Of a DNA stretch of 22,080 bases, positions 1 to 8,325 are shown piece after piece. The DNA lies in assembly GCA_039208735.1 (NCBI GenBank), contig JBCCQY010000157.1, forward strand, positions 1-22,080, written 5' to 3'. The position numbers and the translations under genes are program-made. The notes under the pieces are model-generated. The model did not search any database. It was not told the DNA's origin and saw nothing but the letters and a program-made list of their open reading frames with translations. Numbering within the stretch: position 1 is the stretch's first letter; the number at the start of each line of letters is the position of its first letter. This DNA is from Myxococcota bacterium (GTDB lineage: Bacteria > Myxococcota_A > UBA796 > GCA-2862545).

Positions 1-258
1 CAGTCGCGCGGTTCAGTCCACCGGGATGGGGCTTCAGCGCGTCTCCGAACTCGACGAGGCGGCCCGCGAGGCCGTGGCCGAAGCGCAGCGGGCCCGAGAC
101 GTCCAACAGCGGCCTCTGATCGCTGTCGTTCGAGTGCCTCGCGCTGCCGCTGTTGGACGTCTCGGGCCCGCTGCGCTTCGGCCACGGCCTCGCGGGCCGC
201 CTCGTCGAGTTCGGAGACGCGCTGAAGCCCCATCCCGGTGGACTGAACCGCGCGACTG
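1..258. repeat. Perfect 113-bp inverted repeat (1-113 / 146-258, 32-nt spacer) at the window edge; probable fold-back chimera
   Basis: The reverse complement of 1-113 (gccgctgttggacgtc...ccgcgcgactg) matches 146-258 base for base. It lies inside a coding region. Confidence 0.9.
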
Positions 259-3200
259 ACCTCCTTGGCGCCCCCTTCCGCTTCGAGCTCGCTTTGGGCA
301 TTGCGGACTTGTTCGGCTGCCTGCTCGGCCCGCGCGGCGGCAAACCGCACGGTGGCTGCCTCGGCGCGGACCGCATCGATGGCGCTGCGTACCTCACGCG
401 GGACAGGCCCACCAAGCTGGCGTGCCAGCAGATCGAGGTCGCGCACCATGGCCTCGGCTTGGTCCGCCGTTTGGGTCGCCCGGGTGGCTTGCTCAACGAC
501 GTGTCGTGCTTGCGTACGTCGGAGCTCCGCCGTTGCCCGCTCGTTGCTGATGTGCGCTCGAAGCATCTCGAGCGCGAGCTTTGCGTCCTGGGCCGCCTCC
601 GCGGTCTGCTGGCTTGCGGAGGCCACCTGCAATCCGATCGATTCGATGTCTCGAACCTCATCCGCGGTATCGAGATCACGCGCAGCCTCTTCGGTGAGTC
701 GGCCGTGCTCCACCACGATTCCAACAGCACTTTCAAAGGCTCCCCAGGGACTCCCTGCATCGAGCGGTACGTTAGCCGTCTCGGCTTCTTCCTTTCCGCT
801 CTCCAACCAAGCTTCGGCCTTCTTTACCGCCGCCTGCGCTTGCTGTAGGGGCGCCAACGCTCGATGTCGGGCCTCGGCCAACAGACGTTCCGCTTCCTCG
901 CGCTCCTGGCGCAACCGTTCGAGCCCCTGCTCCACCAACACGTGAACCGCGTCCGCCGCCTCGCGGGCGTGCTGGGCTTCCTGCCGACCACGCCGGAGAA
1001 TGGTCTGCGCAGCGTCGAGGTTGTCGGCCTGAACCGCGAGAGGAGACGCTGTGCGAACCCGCGCCGCCGCCGTCGTGGCGGCCTGAATGTGTTTGGCCGC
1101 TGCGTCTGCGAGGGGTCGCACTTCGGTCAGCGGCGCCTCACGAATGATGTCGAGGAAGCGCTCCGCTTCATCGCGGGCCCGTTGGACTTCCGACTCGGCC
1201 TGCTCAACGAGGGCGCGAACTTCTGCACGAACCTGGCGCAACGCTTCGGCCTCGGCAGCCGCTCGGCGCGCGTGGTCCTGCGCCGTCTCAAGGGCCACCC
1301 GAGCCTCGCTCGACAGCTGCTCTGCTTGCTGGACGGCCTCACGGGCTTGGTGACCGAGCGATTCGATCGCGACTCGGTCCTCCAAGGTCTCTGCCTGCAC
1401 GATGAGACCCTCGACCATGGCACGACGAAGCTGGAGCTGGCTTTGCAGGCGAATGGCCTCGCGAAACTCGGGCAACGTGGTGTCGCATCCCAAGTCGCGC
1501 ACCTGCCCGACCGCCTCATCGATCGTGACGATCCGTTCGCCAATCCGACTCTCGGCCTGTCGAATCTCTTCACGGGCCGCGGCGAGGCGCACCCGTTCCT
1601 CCGCTTCGCGTTGCTCGGCCTCTTGCTTTGCCGCCAGCACACCGGCGGCTTCTGCGTCCATCGCTCGATCGGCAGCCGCTTCGGATTCCGACCGCAGGCT
1701 CGCGGCGCGCTCCAGCACCACTCGGCCATCTGCGGTGGGGCCCGCCTTTCGCGCCTCCGCGATGAGATGAGAGGTTTCCTCGTAGCAGCGCTTGATGGTG
1801 TGTCGCGCTTCGTCGAGGGCATCGATCGACCGGACCACTTCAGCACTGTCCGCGCGGAACTCATCTCGGGCCCGCTCGAGCGTTTCGATCGCACCATCTA
1901 CGCGCACGCGGTCTGCCCCGATTGCGGTGCGTGTACGCAACAGCTCGTCGCGTGCCTTTTCCAGTGCATCTGCGGCTTCTTGTGCATCGGCCACCGCTTG
2001 GGTCAAGGCCTCCAGCGCGTGATCGACCCGGCGCCGGTGAAGTGGAATGCGCTCCAAGGTGGACTGGGCCTGATCCACCGCGTGCGTCGAGGCCCACGGA
2101 TCGGGCGGATCCGTACGCAGACGGTCGACGGCGACCCCAAGATCGGCTCGCTCGGCATGCAGCGTCGACAAGAGCGTTTGCACCAGCTTCGCGGCTTGCT
2201 CGACCGCCGTGATGGTCAACCACGGTCGCGCTCGTTCGATGCGAGGATCGGCCAACGCCTGACTTTCACGCACCAGCTCCGCAAACGCTTCGGTGGCTTC
2301 GTCTGCGAGGCGCCGCGCACTCTCCAGGCGCTGCGACGCCAAGGAGGCGGCCTGCTCGGCCTGATCGAGGCCTTCGAGCGCATCGGGAAGGATCGAGGAG
2401 ATCATCTCCAGCGAGGTGGCCGTGATCTGCGCCTGGTCGCGAGCTTCTGCGGCGTCGTTCGCCTCGTTGGCTGCCTCTGCCGCTCGTTTCGCGACCTCCG
2501 CCTGGGCTTGCGCCTGGGCCACGCGCGCCACCGCCTCATCGATGAGGCGTCGCACCTCGGGATCGGGAATGTTCGCGTACTCTCTGACGCGCTGCTCAAA
2601 CAGCTGATTGGCACCAACAATGAGCGCATCGCAGGCCTTGGCGTTTTGCTGTGCCTCGCTCGCCGCCATCTCGACGGCCTCTCGGCGGCGGCGCTCCCGG
2701 TCGAAGGTGGCGAGGCGCTCGTCGGCCACCTGCCGCAGGGACGCCACCACGATCTCGGCAGGTTCGAGCCGGATCTCCGTCTGGGCGACCAACTGCTCGA
2801 GTTCGGGCAACTTGCGCCGCACCGACTCTTCGTTGAGGGCCACACGTAATGAACGCTGCAGCTTCTCGATGGCCGGCAGCGCCTCCTCGGCCTCGGCCAC
2901 GCGTTCGGCTGCTTCGGCGGTCAACGAGGCCCATTCTCCATCCGCGAGGACCGTCGTTTCCTCAAACAGGGAGTCCAGTTCCTGCCTCACGGCTTGGACG
3001 CGCATGCGCGCCCACCCGACCTTCGCAACGGCGGGCTCCGAGAGTTGACCGATCCGAGCCTGGGCTTGGGCCTGGGCATCGAGCGTCGACATGGCTCGGT
3101 CACAGGCGGCGATGGTCTCTTCGACTTCGCGACGCAGTTCTTCGAGCGCTTCGGTGCCGGCTTCGACGAGGCCTCGCGTGCCCGCCGAGCCGCGTTGCAA

Positions 3201-5042
3201 TCGCGCATCCTTAATGAGGCGCTCGAGTCGCGCGGCGGTCAACTCCGCAGCGGAAAGGGCCCGTCGACAGCCGGCAAACACCTCAGCCGCACCGCTGTCT
3301 CCATACAGCCCACCGCCCGCTGGCGAACCTGGGTCCTGGACCCGCTGGACCGCCCGACGCCCCTCATCGATCACGAGGCGTCCTTCGGCCTGCAGACGCG
3401 CCGCCTCCTTGTCCGCTTCTCGCTTTGTGCGGCGCTCCAGCGCTTGTGCTTCATCGGCCGCCACCAGGCTCGCTTCGCACTGGCTGCGCGCCTCGCGCGA
3501 AGCGTCGTCAACCTCCTTGCGGAGCGCATCGAGCTGACCATCCCCCGCCTGCGTCATCTGGTTGGCTCGTTCACGAGCCAATTCGGCTGCACGATGGGCC
3601 GCCTCGGCCCCTTCCACCGCCTGTTCGAACCACGCAAGGGTCCCCGTCGCCGACAGTTGACCATTGCGCTGTTCTTTTTCGAGTTCGCTCACGCGGGCTT
3701 CGGCCAGCGTCGCGGCATCCCCTGCAGCCTCAGCCTGAAGTTCAGCCCATTGGCGCATCGTGTTCGGATCGATGTGGTCATCGGGGTCGGCGGCCATGGC
3801 CTGGGGCCGGCTCGACTCAAGGGCACGGGTCGCCTGACGCGCGGCACTCCTCAGCAGATCGAGTGAGATGCGCGCAGACGCTACATCCTCATCCAGTTCG
3901 AGGATCTGAAGTGACCGACGAGCCGCGGCCATCGAACGCTCGGCCCGAGCCTGCATGTCGGATTCAGGGGCTTCGTCAAGCTGGCGCTGCAGGTCGTCAA
4001 CCGTAGCTCGCGCCACCTCCCGAACCTCTTCGATCGCCGGCTCAGAGGAAAGAACCGGGATGACTGGCGCGTCCACGATCGATCCTACGCGTCCCACAAT
4101 CGAACGCGCCGGCATCGTGGGCGTGGGCGCTTCCGATTCTGCCTCATCATCGTCACGCGACCCAAGCTCGGTGATGTCATCATCGGCCCAACCCACGTCG
4201 AACAGCGTCGGCCCCTCAACCGAGGCCAGCAGGCTCTCCGCGCGTCGCGCCATCGCGGTTCCGTTCGAAAATCGATTTTCGGGGTCTTTCGAGACCACCT
4301 GAACGAACAATCGCTTGATGGCGGGGGGCAGGTCGGCGTCGGGTACGCCTAAAAGGTCTTGCGCGATGCGTCCTTCGAGAATCGCGTCGACGATCTGGGA
4401 AGGTTCACCCGTAAGGGTCGGCCGGCCCAGGGCCAGTTCGGCTGCGCACACGCCCACGGCGTAAATGTCGGCGCGAACATCTTCGGTCTGGTCTTCGATG
4501 CGCTCGGGCGGAAAGAACCGGAGGGCAGGTCCTGGAGGGGCGTTCGTCTCTTCGTCCAGCCAGCTCGTGACTTCGACCGCCGGCACGCCGTAGCCCACCA
4601 GCGTGACCTCATGGCTCGGCTGGACCACCAGCCGCCACGGTGAGATGGCGCCGTGATTGGAGAGTCCATAGGCTCGTGCGGCATCGTGGGCGCGGTCGAG
4701 GGCGGGGCCTAGGGCGATGAGCAACTCGAGGGCCGCGCGAAGGCCCGCTTGGGGGCGCTCGTCGATGAAGTCGGCCAGCAGCACCCCACCGCCGATGGGG
4801 TAGATGAAGGTCGCTTCCCGACGTTGCCACTCGGCGAGAGGCGCGACGGCGGGGACCCCCGGGGCCTCAAGGAATGGCCGAGCTACCGCGATGTTCTCGT
4901 GCAGTAGGGCATGGCGGGCAAGGTCAGAGCGGAAAGAGAGGCGAACATGGACAACGCCATCTTCGCCCCGCACTCGGTCCCAGGTGCCGCCCGGCCCCAC
5001 CTTGGGTGGTCCCAACTTCGACCATCGTGCGTCTGGGGTCAC
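3..5042 (-). CDS. Large protein (>1640 aa, 3'-truncated): N-terminal Ser/Thr pseudokinase-like domain plus long Ala/Glu/Arg/Gln-rich alpha-helical rod
   Basis: Absent from the ORF track because I find no stop before the edge. Manual translation from GTG 5042 (GGGAG about 10 nt upstream) gives VTPDARWSKLGPP...NHGAISPWRLVV...LVGYG...FFPPERIE...ADIYAVGVCAAELALGRP...KDPENRF, then helical A/E/R-rich sequence. The + strand ORFs 153-848, 864-2849 and 2994-3866 are in-register antisense shadows. Sequence below about 114 is probably artefactual. Confidence 0.85.
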   Translation of the reverse strand, partial: MTPDARWSKLGPPKVGPGGTWDRVRGEDGVVHVRLSFRSDLARHALLHENIAVARPFLEAPGVPAVAPLAEWQRREATFIYPIGGGVLLADFIDERPQAGLRAALELLIALGPALDRAHDAARAYGLSNHGAISPWRLVVQPSHEVTLVGYGVPAVEVTSWLDEETNAPPGPALRFFPPERIEDQTEDVRADIYAVGVCAAELALGRPTLTGEPSQIVDAILEGRIAQDLLGVPDADLPPAIKRLFVQVVSKDPENRFSNGTAMARRAESLLASVEGPTLFDVGWADDDITELGSRDDDEAESEAPTPTMPARSIVGRVGSIVDAPVIPVLSSEPAIEEVREVARATVDDLQRQLDEAPESDMQARAERSMAAARRSLQILELDEDVASARISLDLLRSAARQATRALESSRPQAMAADPDDHIDPNTMRQWAELQAEAAGDAATLAEARVSELEKEQRNGQLSATGTLAWFEQAVEGAEAAHRAAELARERANQMTQAGDGQLDALRKEVDDASREARSQCEASLVAADEAQALERRTKREADKEAARLQAEGRLVIDEGRRAVQRVQDPGSPAGGGLYGDSGAAEVFAGCRRALSAAELTAARLERLIKDARLQRGSAGTRGLVEAGTEALEELRREVEETIAACDRAMSTLDAQAQAQARIGQLSEPAVAKVGWARMRVQAVRQELDSLFEETTVLADGEWASLTAEAAERVAEAEEALPAIEKLQRSLRVALNEESVRRKLPELEQLVAQTEIRLEPAEIVVASLRQVADERLATFDRERRRREAVEMAASEAQQNAKACDALIVGANQLFEQRVREYANIPDPEVRRLIDEAVARVAQAQAQAEVAKRAAEAANEANDAAEARDQAQITATSLEMISSILPDALEGLDQAEQAASLASQRLESARRLADEATEAFAELVRESQALADPRIERARPWLTITAVEQAAKLVQTLLSTLHAERADLGVAVDRLRTDPPDPWASTHAVDQAQSTLERIPLHRRRVDHALEALTQAVADAQEAADALEKARDELLRTRTAIGADRVRVDGAIETLERARDEFRADSAEVVRSIDALDEARHTIKRCYEETSHLIAEARKAGPTADGRVVLERAASLRSESEAAADRAMDAEAAGVLAAKQEAEQREAEERVRLAAAREEIRQAESRIGERIVTIDEAVGQVRDLGCDTTLPEFREAIRLQSQLQLRRAMVEGLIVQAETLEDRVAIESLGHQAREAVQQAEQLSSEARVALETAQDHARRAAAEAEALRQVRAEVRALVEQAESEVQRARDEAERFLDIIREAPLTEVRPLADAAAKHIQAATTAAARVRTASPLAVQADNLDAAQTILRRGRQEAQHAREAADAVHVLVEQGLERLRQEREEAERLLAEARHRALAPLQQAQAAVKKAEAWLESGKEEAETANVPLDAGSPWGAFESAVGIVVEHGRLTEEAARDLDTADEVRDIESIGLQVASASQQTAEAAQDAKLALEMLRAHISNERATAELRRTQARHVVEQATRATQTADQAEAMVRDLDLLARQLGGPVPREVRSAIDAVRAEAATVRFAAARAEQAAEQVRNAQSELEAEGGAKEVSRAVQSTGMGLQRVSELDEAAREAVAEAQRARDVQQRQREALERQRSEAAVGRLGPAALRPRPRGPPRRVRRRAEAPSRWTEPRD

Positions 5043-5229
5043 CTGTGTAATGCTCCCGGACCGCTTTACAGCGGTATTTAGGGGCCATCGAGACCCCTAT
5101 GTGCGAGCCGGACTATCCCGACGACATCGCAACGACGACCATGGACAGTCGCAGACCCCGATACTCGAAGGCGAGCCCTCGCTACGACGGCGCGATACCG
5201 TGCACTCTCGGCGCCTCCTGGAGGAACCT

Positions 5230-6054
5230 TTGCTGGCCGCAGCGCTGTTCATGACTGCGGCTCAAGCCGTGGACGTTCGGGTGAATGGCGGAGGGGCGTG
5301 CCTTGCGACCCTAGATGTTCAGCTTGCTCTCGGCGGAATCACAGGGCTCATCCAAAGCGATCGCGTGGTGGTGGATCTATTGCGAAGGGAGGAAGGCCCG
5401 TGGCGGTTGTTTGCGCGGGTGATTCGGCGAGACGTCGAGGTCTGGCAACGTCAGCTGAATGTCTCGGCCGAGGATTGCCCGTCGCTCCCTGCAGCGCTTG
5501 CGCGGACGCTTGAACGAGGCCTGGACGGGGTCCCGCGATGGCCGCTCGATGATGGTCGTCCCTGGCAAATCGGCGGACAGCTTTCGGGCACGTGGCCCTA
5601 CGGAGAGTGGACTGTCGCCCTCACCGTAGGGCGAGGTCCGAGGGCGAAGGGTGCGTTGTCGTGGGAGTTGGACGTGGGCGGGTTCTCGCGCTCCGTCCAG
5701 CCTGTAGGGATGTTTCGAGCGTCGCTGTCGGGCATTCTCGCGCGGTTTGGTCCGGGCATGGATGCACGGATTGGTGCCACCCGCGTCGGTGCACGGCCGT
5801 GGGTTTCGGCTGGGTTGGCCCGATCGACGGTCCGGGGTCTTGACGGTCCTTTGTCAGAAGTCGTTCCGCGGTCCACGCTTGGGCTCGATGCTCGCGTGCA
5901 ACTGCCCCAGGGACTGCGTTTCGGATTGCGCCTCAGCTATTCGGCCACTCGCATCGAGTTCATCGACACCGAAAGCGAAGTGCTCTCCATCGCGCCAGAA
6001 CCCCGTTGGCGCGGTGGATTTTTTATCGGCTATCGCGGTAGCGTAGGGCAGTGA
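5230..6054 (+). CDS. Secreted protein with two-Cys N-domain and putative C-terminal outer-membrane beta-barrel
   Basis: GGAGG at 5220-5224 precedes TTG 5230. The N-terminus looks like a signal peptide (MLAAALFMTAAQA|VDV). About eight amphipathic strand-like segments follow, ending WRGGFFIGYRGS. The start is uncertain; the track start at 4804 overlaps the divergent gene. Confidence 0.65.
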   Translation: MLAAALFMTAAQAVDVRVNGGGACLATLDVQLALGGITGLIQSDRVVVDLLRREEGPWRLFARVIRRDVEVWQRQLNVSAEDCPSLPAALARTLERGLDGVPRWPLDDGRPWQIGGQLSGTWPYGEWTVALTVGRGPRAKGALSWELDVGGFSRSVQPVGMFRASLSGILARFGPGMDARIGATRVGARPWVSAGLARSTVRGLDGPLSEVVPRSTLGLDARVQLPQGLRFGLRLSYSATRIEFIDTESEVLSIAPEPRWRGGFFIGYRGSVGQ

Positions 6055-6085
6055 AGCTATGGTCGACGGTCGGCCATGATGAGAC

Positions 6086-6667
6086 GTGAAGGCCTTGGCA
6101 ACATTGATGGACGAAGACAACGTCGTGTCGTTTCCCCCCAAGGAACCAGCCGCGACGGATATCGCGAGCTTGTTCGACGCCCACGCCGAATACCTCTGTC
6201 GTGTCGTGCACCGCCTTACCGGCAGTCGGGAGACCGCAGAGGACGTCGTGCAGGACGTCTTCATTCTCGCTCATCAGCGCCGTTTCGAACTCGAGGATCG
6301 AGTGGGGATCCGGACCTGGCTCTACCGGGCGGCGGTCAACCACGTCCGTCATCGGCGGCGCAGCTTTGTCCGTTACCAAGGTTTATTAGACCGTTTTCAG
6401 GCGCAGCCCACCCACCTGCCTGACGACTCGCCTGATGATTTGGTGGATCGTCACAAGCACGCGCAGCTCATTCACGCCTGTGTCCAGCGCCTGTCCGATA
6501 AGCAACGTGAGGTCTTCGTGCTCTACGAGCTCGAGGAGCTTGAGGGCGCAGAAATCGCCCAGATCCTGGAAATTCCTGTGAATACCGTTTGGAGCCGCCT
6601 GCGACTTGCACGTGCGGCATTCCGAAAGCAATGGACTCGCATCGCCCACGTTTCGGAGGGGCAATGA
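6086..6667 (+). CDS. ECF-type sigma-70 factor
   Basis: Region 2 motifs AEDVVQDVF and RTWLYRAAVNHVRHRRR; region 4 LSDKQREVFVLYELEELEGAEIAQILEIPVNTVWSRLRLAR; 193 aa. An alternative ATG lies at 6107. Confidence 0.95.
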   Translation: MKALATLMDEDNVVSFPPKEPAATDIASLFDAHAEYLCRVVHRLTGSRETAEDVVQDVFILAHQRRFELEDRVGIRTWLYRAAVNHVRHRRRSFVRYQGLLDRFQAQPTHLPDDSPDDLVDRHKHAQLIHACVQRLSDKQREVFVLYELEELEGAEIAQILEIPVNTVWSRLRLARAAFRKQWTRIAHVSEGQ

Positions 6668-7575
6668 GCCGTGGACCGCGACGCCTGATGGAGGACCCGG
6701 ATTTCAAGTGGGAGACCGGTTGTGATCTGGGCGACGAAAAGGTGCTGACAGGTGGCTACGACCTAGCGCGAATGCGCGCGGCCGTGCTGGCTGGCATACC
6801 TGCGGTTGGCGATGGGGTTCCGGTGATTCGTCCGCGCCGTCCATGGGGATGGTGGCTGGGTGGCATCGCTGGAGTCACGGCAATCGTGGCGTCCTTCTGG
6901 CTCGGCACTCAGGTTTCGGGAGTGGGAGGGGAGGAGCAGCTTCCGGCGGTCGCGCCTCCGGAGGTCATCGAGGCTCCGGTGCGGACGCCCGACCCTGAAG
7001 TGCTTCGGCCCGAGGCTCCGGAAACCGTGAACGTTGAGGTTTCGGTTGAGGGAGCACCAATTGCGTCGCCGAAAGAGGTTCCCCAGGTGGTGATCCAGCC
7101 GCCCAAGGCGGCTTCCAAGTCCGTCGTCGAGCGTCCGATCGTCGATGATGGTGTGGCTGCAGCGGTGGAGGCTCCAGAGCCTGCACCTGCGGCCGCGCCG
7201 CCTGTAGAGTCGCGGCTCGAGGCCGAGATGGCCGTTTACGAGCCTGCGGCCGACGCGTTGCAGTCAGGCGAGGCCGCTGCAGCCGCACGCGGGTTCCGCG
7301 AGTACCTTGCCCAGTTCCCTACGGGCACGCTGCGACCCGAGGCGGAGCTTGGATTGTTGTGGGCGTTGCACCGCGAAGGCGATGCAGCTCGGACGGAGCG
7401 TTGGGCCGCCTATCTGCTCGAGCAATCCGTACACGAACCACACCATGACGACATCCGTGAGCTGCGCGCGCAGGCCCTGGTTCGTCTAGGCCGGTGCGAA
7501 GAGGCCATCGCCTCTATCAGCTCCCTCCCTAGCCGCGTCATCGGCCCCATCCGCCGCGCCTGCCGCCGCCGGTAA
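6664..7575 (+). CDS. Putative single-pass anti-sigma factor with Pro/Ala/Glu linker and C-terminal TPR-like domain
   Basis: ATGA overlap with the sigma stop codon (6664-6667). TM segment WGWWLGGIAGVTAIVASFWLG, Pro-rich linker, then TPR-like AAARGFREYLAQFPTGTLRPEAELGLLWAL. Confidence 0.75.
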   Translation: MSRGPRRLMEDPDFKWETGCDLGDEKVLTGGYDLARMRAAVLAGIPAVGDGVPVIRPRRPWGWWLGGIAGVTAIVASFWLGTQVSGVGGEEQLPAVAPPEVIEAPVRTPDPEVLRPEAPETVNVEVSVEGAPIASPKEVPQVVIQPPKAASKSVVERPIVDDGVAAAVEAPEPAPAAAPPVESRLEAEMAVYEPAADALQSGEAAAAARGFREYLAQFPTGTLRPEAELGLLWALHREGDAARTERWAAYLLEQSVHEPHHDDIRELRAQALVRLGRCEEAIASISSLPSRVIGPIRRACRRR

Positions 7576-7576
7576 C

Positions 7577-8322
7577 TTGAGCGCTTCGCGCAGCCTCTTT
7601 CCTTTTAAGCGCAGAGCGCAGCCTCGGCCTCCTCCTCGCGCTGCGCGCGACGCCGTCGGCTCGTCCGGCGTTCGCTTCGCTCCGGCGGATCGGCTGCGCT
7701 TGCGCCGGGCGCAGCGCTGTAGCGCCTCCCGGCCAGTGCGCGGAGCGCACGGTCGGCGCTTCTCCGCTCGAACTGGCTCGTCGGGCGTTGCTCTGGTAGG
7801 CCGAAGGCCACAAACTAGGACGCCGACTGTGCGCGAAGCGCACGAGCCGTAAGGCGTCCAATGCGCACCCGGCGCAGAGCGCAGCGATCCGCCGGAGCGC
7901 AGCGAACGCCGGACGAGCCAACGACATCGCGCGCAGCGCGAGGAGGAGGCCGAGGCTGCGCGAAGCGCTCAAAAGGGAGGCGCCGGGCACAGCGCTGTAG
8001 CGCCTCCCGGCCAGTGCGCGGAGCGCACGGTCGGCGCTCTCCGTCGAACTGGCTCGTCGGGCGTTGCTAGCTTCCAGCGGGCTAGCTGCGGTTTGAGCCG
8101 GACGCACTCTCCGCTCGAACTGGCTCGTCGGGCGTTGCTCTGGCAGGCCGAAGGCCCAACTAGGACGCCGACCGTGCGCGAAGCGCACGAGCCGTAAGGC
8201 GTCCAATGCGTGCCCGGCGCGAGAGCAGCCGATCCGCCGGAGCGCAGCGAACGCCGGACGAGCCAACGACATCGCGCGCAGCGCGAGGAGGAGGCCGAGG
8301 CTGCGCGAAGCGCTCAAAAGGG
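7577..8322. repeat. Mosaic intergenic repeat (REP/BIME/MITE-like) built of direct and inverted modules rich in short hairpins
   Basis: 7761-7977 is close to 8108-8322, with the last 92 nt identical. 7702-7792 is close to 7980-8068. 7601-7713 is an inverted copy of about 7862-7977 and 8207-8322. It fills the gap between two convergent genes. Confidence 0.9.
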
Positions 8323-8325
8323 CGG

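Noticed and set aside
153..3866. Long + strand ORFs 153-848, 864-2849 and 2994-3866
   Set aside because: They are in codon register with the minus-strand pseudokinase-rod gene and have no recognisable motifs, so they are antisense shadows typical of high-GC DNA.
7768..8139. Three exact 25-nt repeats as a possible CRISPR array
   Set aside because: Spacing is irregular (276 and 71 nt), the intervening sequence is itself repeated, and no cas genes are present.
7538..8317. 259-aa minus-strand ORF and other ORFs within the repeat region
   Set aside because: Low-complexity A/R/L translation of repeat DNA, with internal duplications mirroring the DNA repeats and no transposase motifs.
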